A stretch of 64,000 nt of DNA from Malacoraja senta (taxonomy: Eukaryota): NCBI GenBank assembly GCA_038087875.1, contig CM075978.1, positions 127,224,001-127,288,000 of the forward strand. Reading direction: 5' to 3'. A program made the translations under genes and the position numbers. Positions 11,537 to 25,881 of the stretch are shown here, piece by piece (position 1 is the first letter of the stretch; each line of letters opens with the position of its first letter). The notes below the pieces were generated by a model, which was given only the letters and a program-made list of their open reading frames with translations, was not told where the DNA came from and made no database searches.

Positions 11537-12509
11537 ATATCATACACATTCAAGATAAAACATAACGTCAGCTAAAGCAGTTTCAGAAGTCAGAGATAAT
11601 TGGATTATGAGTGGCAAATAACATTAATTTAAAACTGTACTTGTTATCTGATATTAACATAATTAAAAGTGGCCAAATATGATAATATGAAAAATAAAGC
11701 CAAATAGATGTTTGCAGGAAAGTTCAAATGGAGAATCTCATAGACACAGAGTTCAGGCACAGCAATACTGCCACTAGCAGGAGAAATTAATTACAGCATA
11801 ACATGCTGATCAATATTACCATGCGCAAAAGGAAACGACTACTATATAAATGTGACAAAAGTGTTACAATATGAACTCCAGTAGACTCAGGAACAGCTTC
11901 TTCCTCTTTCTTAACAGGCTGCTGAACGGTCCTTCCATAAGCTAGGGTATTATACGATTCACTTCTACCCAATTGCAGACATTGAACTTTGTGTCTGGAA
12001 CTAATGCGTTACCATGCTTTAACACATATTCACAATCTCCATGATATCTCTGTCCTGCATCTGATACCTTACAATGTGGGTTGTAATTGCACTTCGAAAG
12101 TGCACAAATCCATATTTTGGTCAGCTATTCAGGGCTAAGATTTTCCGCCAACTGGACAGCACGCAACAAAAAAGCTTTTCACTGTACCTCGGTAAACATA
12201 ACGATAAACTAAACTAAACATCAGCAAACACAATGCTGGAGGATGTGTTGTCAATGGAACTAATACACTACAACATGCTAGAGAACTTATTCTGCACTGT
12301 GTATCATCCCCTTAACTCTATCTCAAGAGTCAAGAGTGTTTTATTCTCACATGTCACGGACAGAACAATGAAATTCTTACTTGCAGCAGCACAACAGAAT
12401 ATGTAAACATGGTACTGTATGTATTGTGTGACTTGATTGTATTTACCTGCAGTTTCTGATCTGATTGGACAGCATGCAAAGCAAACCTTTTCACTGTACC
12501 TCAGTACAA

Positions 12510-13596
12510 TACAATAGACAATAGGTGCTGGAGTAGGCCATTCGGCCCTTCGAGCCAGCACCGCCATTCACTGTGATCATGGCTGATCACCCACATTCAG
12601 TACCCCGTTCCTGCCTTCTCAACATATCCCCTGACTCTGCTATCTTTATCTAACTCTCTCTTGAAAGCATCCAGAGAATTGGTCTCCGCTGCCTTTTGAG
12701 ACAGAGAATTCCACAGATTCACAACTCTTGGTGTGAAAAAGTGTTTCCTCATCTCCGTTCTAAATGGTCTATCCCTTATTCTTAAACTGTGGCCCCTGGT
12801 TCTGAACTCCCCCAACATTGGGAACATGTTTCCTGCCTCTAGCGTGTCCAATCCCTTAATAATCATATGTTTCAATAAGATCCCCTCATCCTTCTAAATT
12901 CCAGAGTATACAAGCCCAGCCGCTCCATTCTATCAACATATGACAGTCCCGCCATTCCAGGAATTAACCTCGTGAACCTACGCTGAACTCCCTCAAAAGC
13001 AAGAATGTCCATCCTCAAATTGGGAGACCAAAACTGCACATAATATTCCAGGTGTGGTCTCACTAGGGCCCTGTACAACTGCAGAAGAACCTCTTTGCTC
13101 CTATACTCAACTCCTCTTATTATCAAGGCCAACGTGCCATTAGCTTTCTTCACTACCTGCTATACCTGCATGCTTACTTTCAGTGAGTGATCAACAAGGA
13201 CTCCCAGATCTCATTGTACTTCCCCTTTTCCAAACCTGAAACCATTCAGATAATAATCTGCCTTCCTGTTTTTGCCACCAAAGTAGATAACCTCACATTT
13301 ATCCACATTAAACTGCATCTGCCATGCATCCGCCCACTCACCCAACCTGTCCAAGTCACCCTGCATCCTCAAAGCATCCTCCTCACAGTTCACACTGCCA
13401 CCCAGCTCTGTGTCATCTGCAAATTTGCTAATGTTACTTGTAATCCCTTCATCTAAATCATTGATGTATATTGTAAATAGCTGCGGTCCCAGCACCGAGC
13501 CTTGCGGTACCCCACCAGTCACTGCCTGCCATTCTGAAAGGGACCCGTTAATCCCTACTCTTTGTTTCCTGTCTGCCAACCAAATTTCTATCCATG
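12510..13596 (-). mobile_element. CR1 LINE, 5'-truncated (RT C-terminal half and 3' UTR)
   Basis: ORFs with GVPQGSVLGPQLFTIYINDLD...SKFADDT and LVRPHLEY; TSD TCAGTACAA (12501-12509 and 13597-13605); inserted into an older Rex1-like tail. Confidence 0.93.
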
Positions 13597-13796
13597 TCAG
13601 TACAAGTAACAATAATAAACCTAAACATAATATCTTAAAAGGTTCATCTTTAAGTATTATCTTCCCAAATGTAAACGTTAAAATTCCCATTTCTGTCGTG
13701 TTTTAACCATTCTAATAGCTATATAAGATTGATAATCTTTCTCAGTGCCATAATATCCTTGCTGCAATATAGCCCAGAACTACACACACCAGTATA

Positions 13797-14065
13797 GCAT
13801 AGTGGCGCAGCAGTAGAGTTGCTGACTTACAGTGCCAGAGACCCAGGTTCGATCCTCACTACGAGTGCTGTCTGTATGGAGTTTGTACGTTCTCCTCATG
13901 ATCGCGTGGGTTTTCACCAGGTGCTCCGATTTCATTCCACAGTCTATGGATTTGTAGGTTAATTGACTTTGGTAAATTGTCCTTAGTGTGTAGGATAGTG
14001 TTGGTGTATGGGAGATCGCTGGTGGGCTCGTTTCCACGCTGTATCCCTGGCCTAAACTTAAACTA
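13797..14065 (+). mobile_element. V-SINE (HE1-like)
   Basis: GTGGCGCAGCAGTAGAGTTGCTG head, GGTTCGATCC B-box, TAAACT tail. Confidence 0.82.
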
Positions 14066-15231
14066 ATGTAGTCAGGGATCAGCTAATAAACTTTATAAAT
14101 TGCTAATCCCACATTATGATTAAAATTCAATTCTTGGTGCATCAATCCCAACAATCTGATTTCAATGTGTAGGGAGGAACTGCAGATGCTGGTTCATGCT
14201 GAACATAGACATAAAATGTTGGAGTAACTCAGCAGCTCTGGCAGCATCTGGAGAAAAGGAATAGGTGACGTTTTGGATCGAAACCCTTTCAATGCTCTTT
14301 TTCCTGAACATGTCCTGCTCTAGCATATGATAAAAGATGTATTTTACAAAATGTTCAGTCCAACTGCTTTTTAAGAAATCAATAGCAGGTAGGAAGTTTA
14401 TAAATTCATCACACGGGACCCAATCTGTGCCGATGTTGCCTGTGGTGGTGATTTTCTTTTGCAGCAGTGCGGCTCCTGACATTCTGCCAGCCTCGCTGGT
14501 ACGAAGGCTTCTATACGCGATAATTAGACCACAAGAGGCAGAGGGTAAGACCCTACGCACAATCCAGGTGCTGTCGGCTCATCCTGTCAGTAGGTTCTCC
14601 CCTCTAAATCGGCAGAGACATTTCCAAACAGCTGACAAAAAAATGCAACCATTTTTTAAATAAAAAATATTAAGACATGATGAATCAATTTAAAACCATA
14701 GTCCACGTATCTGAATTCAAAACAAAAGGACACAAAGTTCTCGAATAACTCAGTGTCATAGAGTCAAAGAGTGAGACAGCCCTCAGCCCAACTTGCCCAC
14801 ACCGACCAACAAGCCCCATCTACACTAATCCCACCTGCTTGTTTTTGGCCCATAAACTTCTAAACCTACCCTATCCATGTACCTGTCTAAATGTCTCTTA
14901 AACATTGCAATAGTATCTGCCTCAACTACCTCACCCTGCAGCTCATTCTATACACCCATCACCCTTTGTGTAAAAAAGTTACCCCTCAGGTTCCCAATAA
15001 ATCTTTCCTCCCTTCACCTTAAACCTCGGCCTGAGCGATCCCTCAACCCGAAACGTTACCCATCCATGTTCTTCAGGAATACTGCCTGACCCACTGAGTT
15101 ATTCCAGCACTTTGAGTACTTTTGTGTACTAGCCAGCATCTGCAGTTCTTTGCTTCTAAATTAGAAACAATATTATTTATTTGAAAAGCTTTTCTTCACT
15201 TCCTTTCGATTCCAATAAACGAGGCTGCTCC

Positions 15232-15451
15232 CAGGGCACGTGGGCATGCTGGACAGTTGCCCGGGGCCCCACGAGCATAGGGGCCCCATGCTAATCTATG
15301 TATTGTAGAATGTTATTGTAGAACATGAAAACGGAGAAGAACATCGCAAGTGCATGACGACATATTTGATTCGGCATAAAGAAACTGGAAGTGTAGGGGC
15401 CCCAGTGCACTACTTTGCCTGGGGGCCTATAATGCTGTTAAGACGGCCCTG
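15232..15451. mobile_element. Small non-autonomous hAT element
   Basis: CAGGGC...GCCCTG termini, 8-bp TSD GCTGCTCC (15224-15231 and 15452-15459), internal GGGGCCC motifs. Confidence 0.85.
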
Positions 15452-16024
15452 GCTGCTCCCAATGTGTGGCGGAAAGCGGCTGCATATCCAGTCCAATGAG
15501 GAGCAGTTGTGGATTCTGGTGAGTTGGATGGACAGCATCTCATCTCTAGTGTAAACCTGTGGAGCTTGATACAGCCCATAGAACATAGAACACAGAACAG
15601 TACAGCACAGGAACAGCCCACAATGCCTGATGCCAAGTTAAACTAATCTCCTCTGCCTGCATGTGATCCATATCCTTCCATTCCCTGTATATCCATCTGC
15701 CTATCTAAAAACCTCTTAAGTGCCATTATCAAATCTGCCATCAGCACCAACCCTGGCAGCTCATTCCAGGCACCCACCACTTTCTGTGTAAAATACTTGC
15801 TACTCACATCTTATTTGAACTTTCCCCACATCACCTTAATGCTATACTCTCTCGTCTTTCACATTTCTACTCTGGGAAAGAAAGGTTCTGACTGCCTACC
15901 GTATCTCTGCCCCTCATCATTTTTATATACCGGTAATTCTATCAGGTCTATCCCCAAACCTCCGGAGTTCAAGAGAAAATCCCCCCCCACCCCCCCATGT
16001 TTTGTGAAACATGTTGCAACAAAA

Positions 16025-16540
16025 CCGCCCGGGATTGGCTGTAGTGCCCAGGTCGGCTCACCTGCCCTGGGATTGGCTGTAGTGCCCAGGTCGGCTGGCA
16101 GGACTGGGTGCCCCGGGACTGGCTGTAGAACCAAGGTCGACTCGCCTGCCCCACACTCCATAGACGTGCAGGTTTGTAGGTTAAGTGCTTCGGTAAATTG
16201 TAAATTGTCCCTAGTGTGTCGGATGGTGCTAGTGTACGGGGTGATTGCTGGTCGGCGCAGACATGGTGGGCCAAAGGACCTGCAGTTCCCAGGTCGCCTG
16301 CGTGCCCAGGTTGGCTCACCTGCCCCGGGACTGGCTGTAGCGCCCAGGTCAGCTGGCAGGTCCGGCTGTAGTGCCCAGGTCCCCTGCATGCCCTGGGAAT
16401 GGCTGCAGTTCCCAGGTCCCCTGCGTGTCCCAGGACTGGCTGCAGTTCCCAGGTCGCGAAAACTTATTGAAAAAAACCCGCCTGCTGATTTCGGCTTATG
16501 GGCCGGATCCGGCCCGTGGGCCGTAGGTTGCTGACCCCTG
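16025..16540 (+). mobile_element. Right part of a hAT-Charlie-like element with an internal GC-rich minisatellite
   Basis: Ends GGCCGGATCCGGCCCGTGGGCCGTAGGTTGCTGACCCCTG followed by TACTAGAT; repeated GGCTGTAGTGCCCAGGTC units; V-SINE fragment at about 16150-16280; left TIR not found. Confidence 0.65.
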
Positions 16541-16861
16541 TACTAGATGTTAGACCTCATTGTGGCCACCCCCCCATGTTTTAAAAGCGATTTCCTCCCA
16601 TTTCTTCTACGATAGAACTTTATTTATCCCAGGAGGGAAATTGGTCTGCCACAATCATAAAACACAAGATACATTAATTAAATACGTTACAAAATGGAAA
16701 AGACGATCAACTGTTGGCTGGCTGCCGTGTGCACGGAACAGGATGTGAATGTATATGTGAATCTAATACCCTCTAATCCAGTGGTTACGTTTCTTTCCTA
16801 ATTTCACTATTTTATGTCAGCACTGAATTCCATTCAGTATTTCCTAGCCAACTTTCTCAAC

Positions 16862-17281
16862 CAAGTCAAGTCAAGTCAAGTCACATTTATTTATATAGCA
16901 CATTTAAAAAACAACTCTCGTTGGCCAAAGTGCTTTACATTTGTTATCAGAATAGTATAAATAAACAAACTACATACATATATACATATAGCCCTCGCTC
17001 AGTGGACGTCAAGAAAGGCTTGGGAGAATAGATACGTTTTTAGTCTTGACTTAAAGGAGTCGATGGAGGGGGCAGTTCTGATGGGAAGAGGGATGCTGTT
17101 CCACAGTCTAGGAGCTGCAACCGCAAAGGCGCGGTCGCCCCTGAGCTTATGCCTAGACCGCGGGATATTCAGCAACCCGAAGTCGGACGATCTGAGGGAC
17201 CTGGAGGTGGAGTGGTGGGTAAGAAGACTTTTAATGTAGGTGGGGGGCAAGCCCATTGAGGGCTTTGTAGACATAGAGGAG
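16862..17281 (-). mobile_element. L2-clade LINE 3' end
   Basis: Encodes LPPTYIKSLL...SRSLRS...RGDRAFAVAAPRLWNSIP...FKSRLKTYLFSQAF; (TTGAC)n tail at 16862-16882. Confidence 0.88.
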
Positions 17282-18647
17282 GTACAACCAGTACTTTCTG
17301 CTCTTGAATAATCTTCTTGATTATTTTCAATCCTTACCTCCCCAGTGTCATTTTCAATTAAAAAACGGATAGGCACCAGAAGATCGCTAATGGATAAGTC
17401 GCCAAATACACAACCCTGTGTTGATCCTAGTTGGCCAGAAGGCACTGATGTATAGCAGTGATACTTTAAAACAATCCAAAAATGAGAGAAAAAGTGACCC
17501 AGAGCACATGGAAATTGCTTCTGTTGTGTATGTCAGCAAACATCTTTCTCCATTTACCGGTGTATCGTCAACATTTTCTCATTTTAGATTATGGCCCAGT
17601 GCTATGTTAATGTCAATAAATGAAGCAAAAACATCCACTATTCTCCACTTTGCCCCAAACCCTTCTGCTGAATTTTGGATAAATGAATGCGTAAATCAAT
17701 ACCTATCACTAAATGGTTTCGCTTAATTGACAGGTGAGTTGATGCAAAATAAATTTTCACTCTCACATCCAAAGCTTTGAGGAGAAATGTTTGCAGTTTT
17801 GTCATAACTAATACACAGTTATGTGTAATACACAGAGGAATTCTTCAATAACACATTTCAAAATCAGGAGCAGGCATCTTGAATGCAGAGGCTTCGAGAT
17901 GATGCTGTGGGATGCAGGTGCAAAGATGTTAATGGGATTTTTGTATCTAGCAAAGGTATAAAACCTTCCAAAATAACTGAGTTAAGAACTCTAATATCAT
18001 GCCAGAGAGAAATAGCAAAACCAGAACTTTATGTGCTCCAAGTTAAGTGACTGCTCTGATGTTGTATTAAAGAAAGAAATGTTTATCAACATTTCTTTCT
18101 GTGTGAGAAAAGAACTGTACATTGTATTTTCCAGGCAATGTTATTCAGCAGAGATGTAGCAATGTAATGCAAGGCAGTAATGCCTCTTTCAATATTCTTT
18201 CAGTTGGCCAAAAGTAAAGATTTAAATATTCATCCACTTAAGAGCTACATCATGCAATATAGTATAGAACACATTTGCACAGTATTCAAATGAAATTTGC
18301 ATTATCGTGATATTAACTGATTTTGCGCATGCCTTTTTGCTAATGAGGAAGGACTGAGAGCTATGAGAAATCCATGTGCCCTGATACTACCCCTGGCATC
18401 CACTTTAACCAAATGCTGCCGACAGACATTCAAATTTGGCTCTAGTGGGATTTTCAACCACATTGGTCAAAGTCAATAAGATCTCAGCTTGAAGAGGGGT
18501 CTCGACCCAAAATGTTCGTATTCATGTTCTCCAGAGATGCTGCCTGACCCGTTACTCCAGCACTCTGTCTTATTGATCTATGTCATGATTGGCACAGTTC
18601 TCTATGATATATTTTACAGGAGACTCCTTGCTGCATTCTTTATACTT

Positions 18648-18928
18648 CAGAGTTTAGATATACAGCGTGGAAACAAGCCCCTCAGCCCACCGAGTCCGCA
18701 CCGACCAGTGATCACCCCTTACATTAACCTATGTAAACTAGGGACAATTTTACAACTTACCAAAGCAAATTAACCTACAAACCTGTATGTTCTTGGAGTG
18801 TCGGAGGAAACCGAAGGTGCCGAGGAAAACCCTCACGGTCACAAGGAGAATGTACAAATTCCGTACAGACAGCACCCGTAGTCGGGATCGCACCCGAGCC
18901 TCTGGCGCTGTAAGGCAATTTGTAACTT
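18648..18928 (-). mobile_element. V-SINE (HE1-like)
   Basis: Same family sequence as 525-844. Confidence 0.82.
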
Positions 18929-19139
18929 TGCCTCCTGTCCAAGCATGCCAGGGGTGTTGATGAACAAGACCTGCACTGCATTGTCCAGACCACATGGGTG
19001 CACGGGGATCGATCTTGCGGACCTAGCAACAGTCTGACAGGGCAGGCCAAGGCTCAGCAAAACTCAGTACATTGCCCTGGTTTTATCATGGCATAGTTCA
19101 CCCTCAAATGTCCAGGAATGAAGAAGATTGAATAAAGTG

Positions 19140-19500
19140 ATGAACTGCCCAGTCCATCATGGGTACTGACCTCCCCACCATCAAAGGCATCTACAGGAGT
19201 CACTGTCTCAAAAAGGCAGCCAGCATCAGTCCCACACCACTCTGACCACGCTCTCAAAGGCCCACACCACCCTGGCCATACTCTTGTTTCACACCTGCCA
19301 TCGGGAAGAAGGTATAGGAGCCTGAAAACTGTAACTTTCAGGTTCAAGAGAAGCTTTTTCCCTACAACCATCAGTATATACTGTATATACAGAACTATAT
19401 ATTATGGTGTTTACAGAGTACTATGTTTACATATCTGTTGTGTTGCTGTAAGTAAGAATGTCATTGTTCCGTTTCAGGACATATGACAATAAAACACTCT
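19140..19500 (+). mobile_element. Rex1/Babar-like LINE 3' fragment
   Basis: Translates roughly to TAQSIMGTDLPTI...HPGHTLVSHLPSGRRYRSL...RFKRSFFPTTI; 3' end GACAATAAAAC. Confidence 0.7.
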
Positions 19501-19537
19501 TCACTCCTGACTGTTGACTCAATGACTGTGGGATTGA

Positions 19538-19699
<162 letters not shown>

Positions 19700-21110
19700 T
19701 AAATGTGAAAATAAGTGGATAACCACTGAAACTACACACCTTGCGATTATATCTAGAGTCATAGTCATAGAGCGTGGAAACAGGCCCTTCGGCCCAACTT
19801 GCCCACACTAGCCCAACTGCGGCTCAACATGTCCCATCTACACTAGTCAAACCTGCCTGCGTTTGGCCATATTCCTATAAACCTATCCTGTCCAAGTACC
19901 TGTCTAAATGTTTCTTAATTGTTGAAACATTTTTAAGCTGATAGAAATGCAAAGCAACTGACTACAAATGAGAAATAAATCTCTTATGGATTGTAGAAAT
20001 TGGAAGTCTATTTGGATTGAGCACTATTCTTTATTTTGGTTCAAATTTCATCAGATGCCTCTGCAACATTTACTTAAAAGGAATGTCATTGTTACCAATG
20101 GTGATCATGAAGTCAATGGTTCAATGGTTGTTTTTTATCACTTACGTAATGCACGGTAAAATTCTTGCACCCATTGTCCCTTTGTGTATTAATCAACAGT
20201 TCCTTGTTTCCACACTAGTTCTATGTTACCACACTTTTGCATCCACTCCCTGCACACAAACATACAAACCCACACATCTTTGGCACCTGGAGGAAACTGG
20301 GAGTAAAATAAAACTGTTGGAAGCATGGAAACTGTTCCGGAAGTGAAATACACATCCCACTGGTGCTTTTGAGAGAGAGAAAAGGGACTCTTCTGAAATT
20401 AGGTTAAATACAGTTCAGCTTTAATTGGCATATGGATTTGCTAAATAGTGATAGTGGAAGGCTCATTCCTCAGCACTGACGGTTGTCATATTGACGAGTA
20501 CCAAAATTTGCCTTTAAAAAAATCAACATGCTTTAAAAAAGACAGGAATGGAGATGAACATAACTGACAGTCAGCATGCATTTAATTTTCCTCAGGCAGC
20601 TGAAGTCTCTCCTGTGATATTTGATGAAAACTAATTGGCTTTAGTAAAGATGGTAAATCCTCCTGAGTGTGTAAGATAGTGGTAGTGTACAGGGTGATCG
20701 CTGGTCGACGTGGACTCGGTGAGCCAGAGGACCATCATTTCACTGCTTTTTAGTTATCATGCCTAGAAATTCAATAACATAGCATGTGTTTGAATGGTAG
20801 CATGTAAAATAATTCCTAAAATTAAAACCTCACATTGTGTGTAACAAATGAACTCCAGGTCTCATTACTTGATGACTTGTAAACATATATTTTTCCTTTG
20901 CTCTTGCTTACATATTCACTACATTGAATCTACCTGCATAACAGCAGTGTCTCATTTCTCTCAACACAAAAGCACCTCGCATATCCAGTGACCCAGGGTC
21001 CCAGGTTCAATCCTGACTTCAAGTGCTGTCTGCACAGAGTTTGCATGTTCTCCATGTGACTGCATGAATCTCCCCCAGTGCCTTTGCACCGCAGGACTTT
21101 GTAAGACTGA

Positions 21111-21482
<372 letters not shown>

Positions 21483-21781
21483 TAGTCTATCCTAGGTTTA
21501 GGTTTATTATTGTCACTTGTACCGAGGTACAGTGAAAAGCTTTGTATTGCATGCTATCGAAACAGATCAGATATACCATTCATAGATACAATCAGTTCAA
21601 ACTCAAGAACAATAGGTAGAGCAAAGGGGAAGATACAGAGTGCAGAATATAGTTCTCAGCATTGAAGCGCATTGTAGTGCATCAGTTCCTTACACAAAGC
21701 ACAATATACTCAATGGGGCATTGGGGCATGGTGAATCGAACAAGTTAGATAACCTTTCACTTCTAAAATTGACTTTAACTA

Positions 21782-22156
21782 GGTTTAGAAAGATGAGGGG
21801 GACCTCATTGAAACTTACCGAATAGTGAAAGGTCTGGATAGAGTGGATGTGGAGAGGATGTTTCCACTAGTGGAAGAGTCTAGAACCAGAGACCATAGCC
21901 TCAGACTAAAAGGATGGACCTTCAAAAAGAGAAGAGGAGGAATTTCTTTAGTCAGGGGGTAGTGAATCTGTGGAATTCATTGCCACAGAAGACTGTGGAG
22001 GCTGTCAATGGATATTTTTAAGGTGGAGATTGATAGGTTCTTGATTAGTATGGGTGTCAGGCGTTGTGGGGAGAAGGCAGGAGATTGGGGCTGAAAGGTA
22101 GATAGGAGTGGACGATGGGCCGAATGCCCTAATTCTGCTCTTATGACTTATGAACA
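21782..22156 (+). mobile_element. CR1-type LINE 3' fragment
   Basis: FRKMRGDLIETYRIVKGLDRVDVERMFPL-like coding end followed by the family 3' UTR. Confidence 0.8.
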
Positions 22157-22471
22157 TGTCTTCCAATTGGAGAAGGGATTAAGATGATCCTATTTATATG
22201 GGATACCTTCAGTACTTGACTTATCTACTGTGAGAAACAGCATTACTGAATGTATCCTGTATAATCTTATATGCAATCTTCTATGTATGTTGGAAAGGTT
22301 TCATGTAGTCAGAGCTATACATAGGCTGCCCCACGCTGTGCTATAGAGGATTGAATTTTAAACATAAATTGGTTTTCATCACCTAATCTCGGTAACTAAA
22401 AGAAATTACAAACTTGTAGTGTTCCAGTCTAAAGTGTGGATGTTCTGTTTATATATATAGAACAATAAAAG

Positions 22472-22953
22472 TTTTTTTTGTTTTTTTTTAAATTTGTATT
22501 TTATTAGAAGTACATTACATTACAACCACATACATTAGTACTTGTCATTTATATCTTCTTACAATTAATGTACTCCATTTATTTTTTACACTAGAAAAGG
22601 AAAAGATTGAAAGAAAGAAGAAAGTGAAGGAAAAAGTGGAAGTGTAGGAAATGTGACAACAAAAAAGGACGAAGACCCTATAAGAGCAAAATTAAAAACA
22701 AAAGAAAAAGAGTTAAGAAATAGACCCTAGGAAAAAAAGAAAGAGAGAAAGAGGAACAAGAGAGAAACAAATATTTTTATGAGCATTACGCAAATTGGAC
22801 ATACCAACTCTTCAACTATCATCCCCCCTTACCTGACCTCAATTTTTTTTTTTAAGTACTTTTGCACCTTATGTTTGTAATAATTCTATAAATGCAGACC
22901 ACGTCAGGTGGAAATGATCTGGTTTACCTGCTAGGAAGAGTCTTATCTCTTCT
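22472..22953 (-). mobile_element. L1/Tx1-type LINE 3' end
   Basis: ORF2 end EEIRLFLAGKPDHFHLTWSAFIELLQT*, poly(A), and 11-bp TSD AACAATAAAAG (22461-22471 and 22954-22964). Confidence 0.85.
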
Positions 22954-23950
22954 AACAATAAAAGAATTGAACTAAGTATTAGTATATTGAGAAAATGTTA
23001 AGTCAACAGGGATACACATGCAAGTTTGTCTTGCTGGAAGATGTATTTAGCTCTGAAATAATCCAAAATCTACATACACCTGAAAAATATGTACCGGTAA
23101 TTACTTTCTTAGTAGCCACTAAGATTGAGTAACCTTAGAATAATTTGAATTGTCATTTGAGAATGGGAGAATAATTAGAGTCTTTAGCCTCTAGTAATCC
23201 ATGGTCCTGATCACAGAGCTGACAGATCACACCAAATTTTACTTTAACTTTGCCCCTGTAATTAAAGGGAATTTGCAAGCTGATTTGTGTTTTTTGTTCC
23301 TGTGTCAGTGATGTTGGGAATGGTTTGAGAACAAAATGGATAATTAACATGTCAATGTGTAGCTTTGTTTCTGCCCACAGATCAAGATTTGAAGTACCAA
23401 AAATATTTACCTCCAGCCTTGACTATATCAGGAGCCACGTTGATGTCTGTTTAATGTAGGGCTGTCACTTCTTCCCATGTCTTGAAGGATAACAAGGCTT
23501 CAAGTATCTTCTGCAATAACTCTGAAGGTTTATTGCAAGTTGAAATTGCAGCTGTGCACAAATATATACCTAGACATCCGTTATTGCTTCCTGAAGAGGC
23601 CAATGGTAAATGCCATTAAATAAGCACTACCCAGCCACAATCATATTGTCACCGTAAAGGCACAAATTACTACTGCCGAAAGGGCTCAATGGTGCCACAT
23701 GCTGTTTAGCTTGGTGCATCAGAAGATGATGATTTTCCAAAGATGGGCACAGAAGCTACATCAGCAGCTTTAACCAGCTCGTTGAGTAACTTAGTGAAAA
23801 TGCCAGGTTTACAATGATACAGTATTACCAAGGTTGAAAAAAATGAACATGGAAAGTAAAAAAATAAATACATTTATTTGTAAAGTTCTATCGTATCGTA
23901 TCCTAAAACTGGAAGTAAATACTAGAAACCTGGAAAACTATTCTTCCTAA

Positions 23951-24115
<165 letters not shown>

Positions 24116-24157
24116 TGATCCTCGAGTGGAATAGGATAATGTTATGAATCCTATTAA

Positions 24158-24667
24158 AGGTTCAAAGGGTTCAAAAGTCAGTTTATTGTCACACGTACCA
24201 ATTAAGGTACAGTGAAACTCAAAACCATACAGCCATACTTTAAAAAAAGCAACAAGACACACAACTACATAAAAGTTAACATAAACATCCACCACATTCC
24301 TTACTGTGATGGAAGGCAATAAAGTCCAATCTTCTTCCCCTTTATTCTCCCACGGTTTGTTTGAGTCAAACTATTCGCAGTTGGGGCGATCGAAGCTCCC
24401 GTGTTGGGGCGATCGAAGCTCCCGTGTCGGGACGATCGAAACTCCCGCGTCGGGGCGGTTGAAGCTCCTGCGGTTGGAGCTCCCGAAGTTGGCCTCCAAC
24501 AAAGGCCTCCAACTCCTCGGTTAGGCCGCATCTCCGTCGTGGTAAGAGATTTAAAAAAGTTTCCCTCACCCCCCACATAAAACAAGCAAAAGAACACTAA
24601 AACATACATTTAACACATACTAAAAAAACAACAAAGAAGGAAGGGACAGACAGACTGTTGGCGAGAC
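24158..24667 (-). mobile_element. GC-rich non-autonomous retroposon (copy B)
   Basis: Head shared with copies A and C; internal ~22-bp tandem repeats (CGATCGAAGCTCCCG) at 24380-24485; tail GACAATAAA followed by (TTTGAACC)n; flanked by TTAA on both sides. Confidence 0.7.
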
Positions 24668-25881
24668 TTAATCAAAACTTTCAAAGTGCCCAACTAAAGA
24701 TTCCTGCAGGAAACAGAAATGGAACACCATAGTCAAATCAAGAGTATTTAGTTGTCTTTTGTACCAACGATGGAACAATAAAACTCTTACCTGCTGCAGC
24801 ACAACAAGCCTGTAAACACAATACACATAGATAATGTATAATAAACACAACATCAATAAGTAATAACCCCAATATTGAGAACCAGAGGATATGGGTTGAA
24901 GGTGAGGGGGGGGGGGGGGGGAAGATTTAATAAGAACCTCAGGGGTAATTATTTTACACAAAAGGTGGTGGGTGTATGGAACGAGCTGCGGAGGATGTAG
25001 TTAAGGCAGGGACTATCGCAATGTTTAAGAAATATTCCGACAGGTACTTGGATAGGACAAGTTTAGAGCGATAATGGGCCAAACGCAGGCAGGTGGAACC
25101 CATGTAGATGGGGCATGTTGGTCTGTGTGGGAATGTTGGGCCAAAGGCCCTGTTTCCATGCTGTATGCTCCATGACTAGTGCAAAAAAGTCCTTAGTGCA
25201 ATCAAAGATAGTCCATAATTCACAGTGGAGGTTAGTTGTGTACTGCGCCAGCTTTCTCCCCTCTGCTACAATCCGTCTGAAGAAGGGTTCCAATCTGAAC
25301 ACCACCTACCCATAATTCTCCAGAAATGCTGCCTGAACCAAATATTTTAACTCTTACCTTGTGTCGTTAACAATTCAGTTTGTTGAGGGGTAGCTAGAAT
25401 ATCGTGTGTGGATTTCTATGGCTCAGCGGTTGCATCTTGCCATTCCTGCTGGTGACCAAAGCCCACCTGGTGAGAGAGTGTAATACCAAGCCATGGTGAT
25501 CTTCAGTTAAATGAACACTGTGGTGATGCTAGTTGTGAGTGGCAAAGATAACTTATTAGGCAGCAGATTATTTGGTATGTGGCTTATTTTTGTTTTTCAG
25601 TTATACAAATTATTTAAAATATTTTTTTACTCAATTCCTTCTCAGAAGATGTTTCTTCACACTGGGATTGCTCCCCATGGATATCTGCACTCCTTCACCC
25701 TTGGGTTCACTGCAGGCATAGCATCATAGAGTCATACAGCATGGAAACAGGCCCTTAGGCCCAACCTGCCCACGCCAACCAAGATACTCTGTGCCACTAG
25801 TCCCACCTACCTGCATTTGGCCCATATCCTTCTAAACCCTTATCCATGTGCCTGTCGAAATGTCCTTTAAATAGTGCGATA

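Noticed and set aside
15797-16534. 245-aa ORF as a gene
   Set aside because: It is a composite of a LINE fragment, minisatellite, SINE piece and hAT end.
24380-24485. CRISPR-like repeats
   Set aside because: Tandem units without unique spacers, inside a eukaryotic retroposon.
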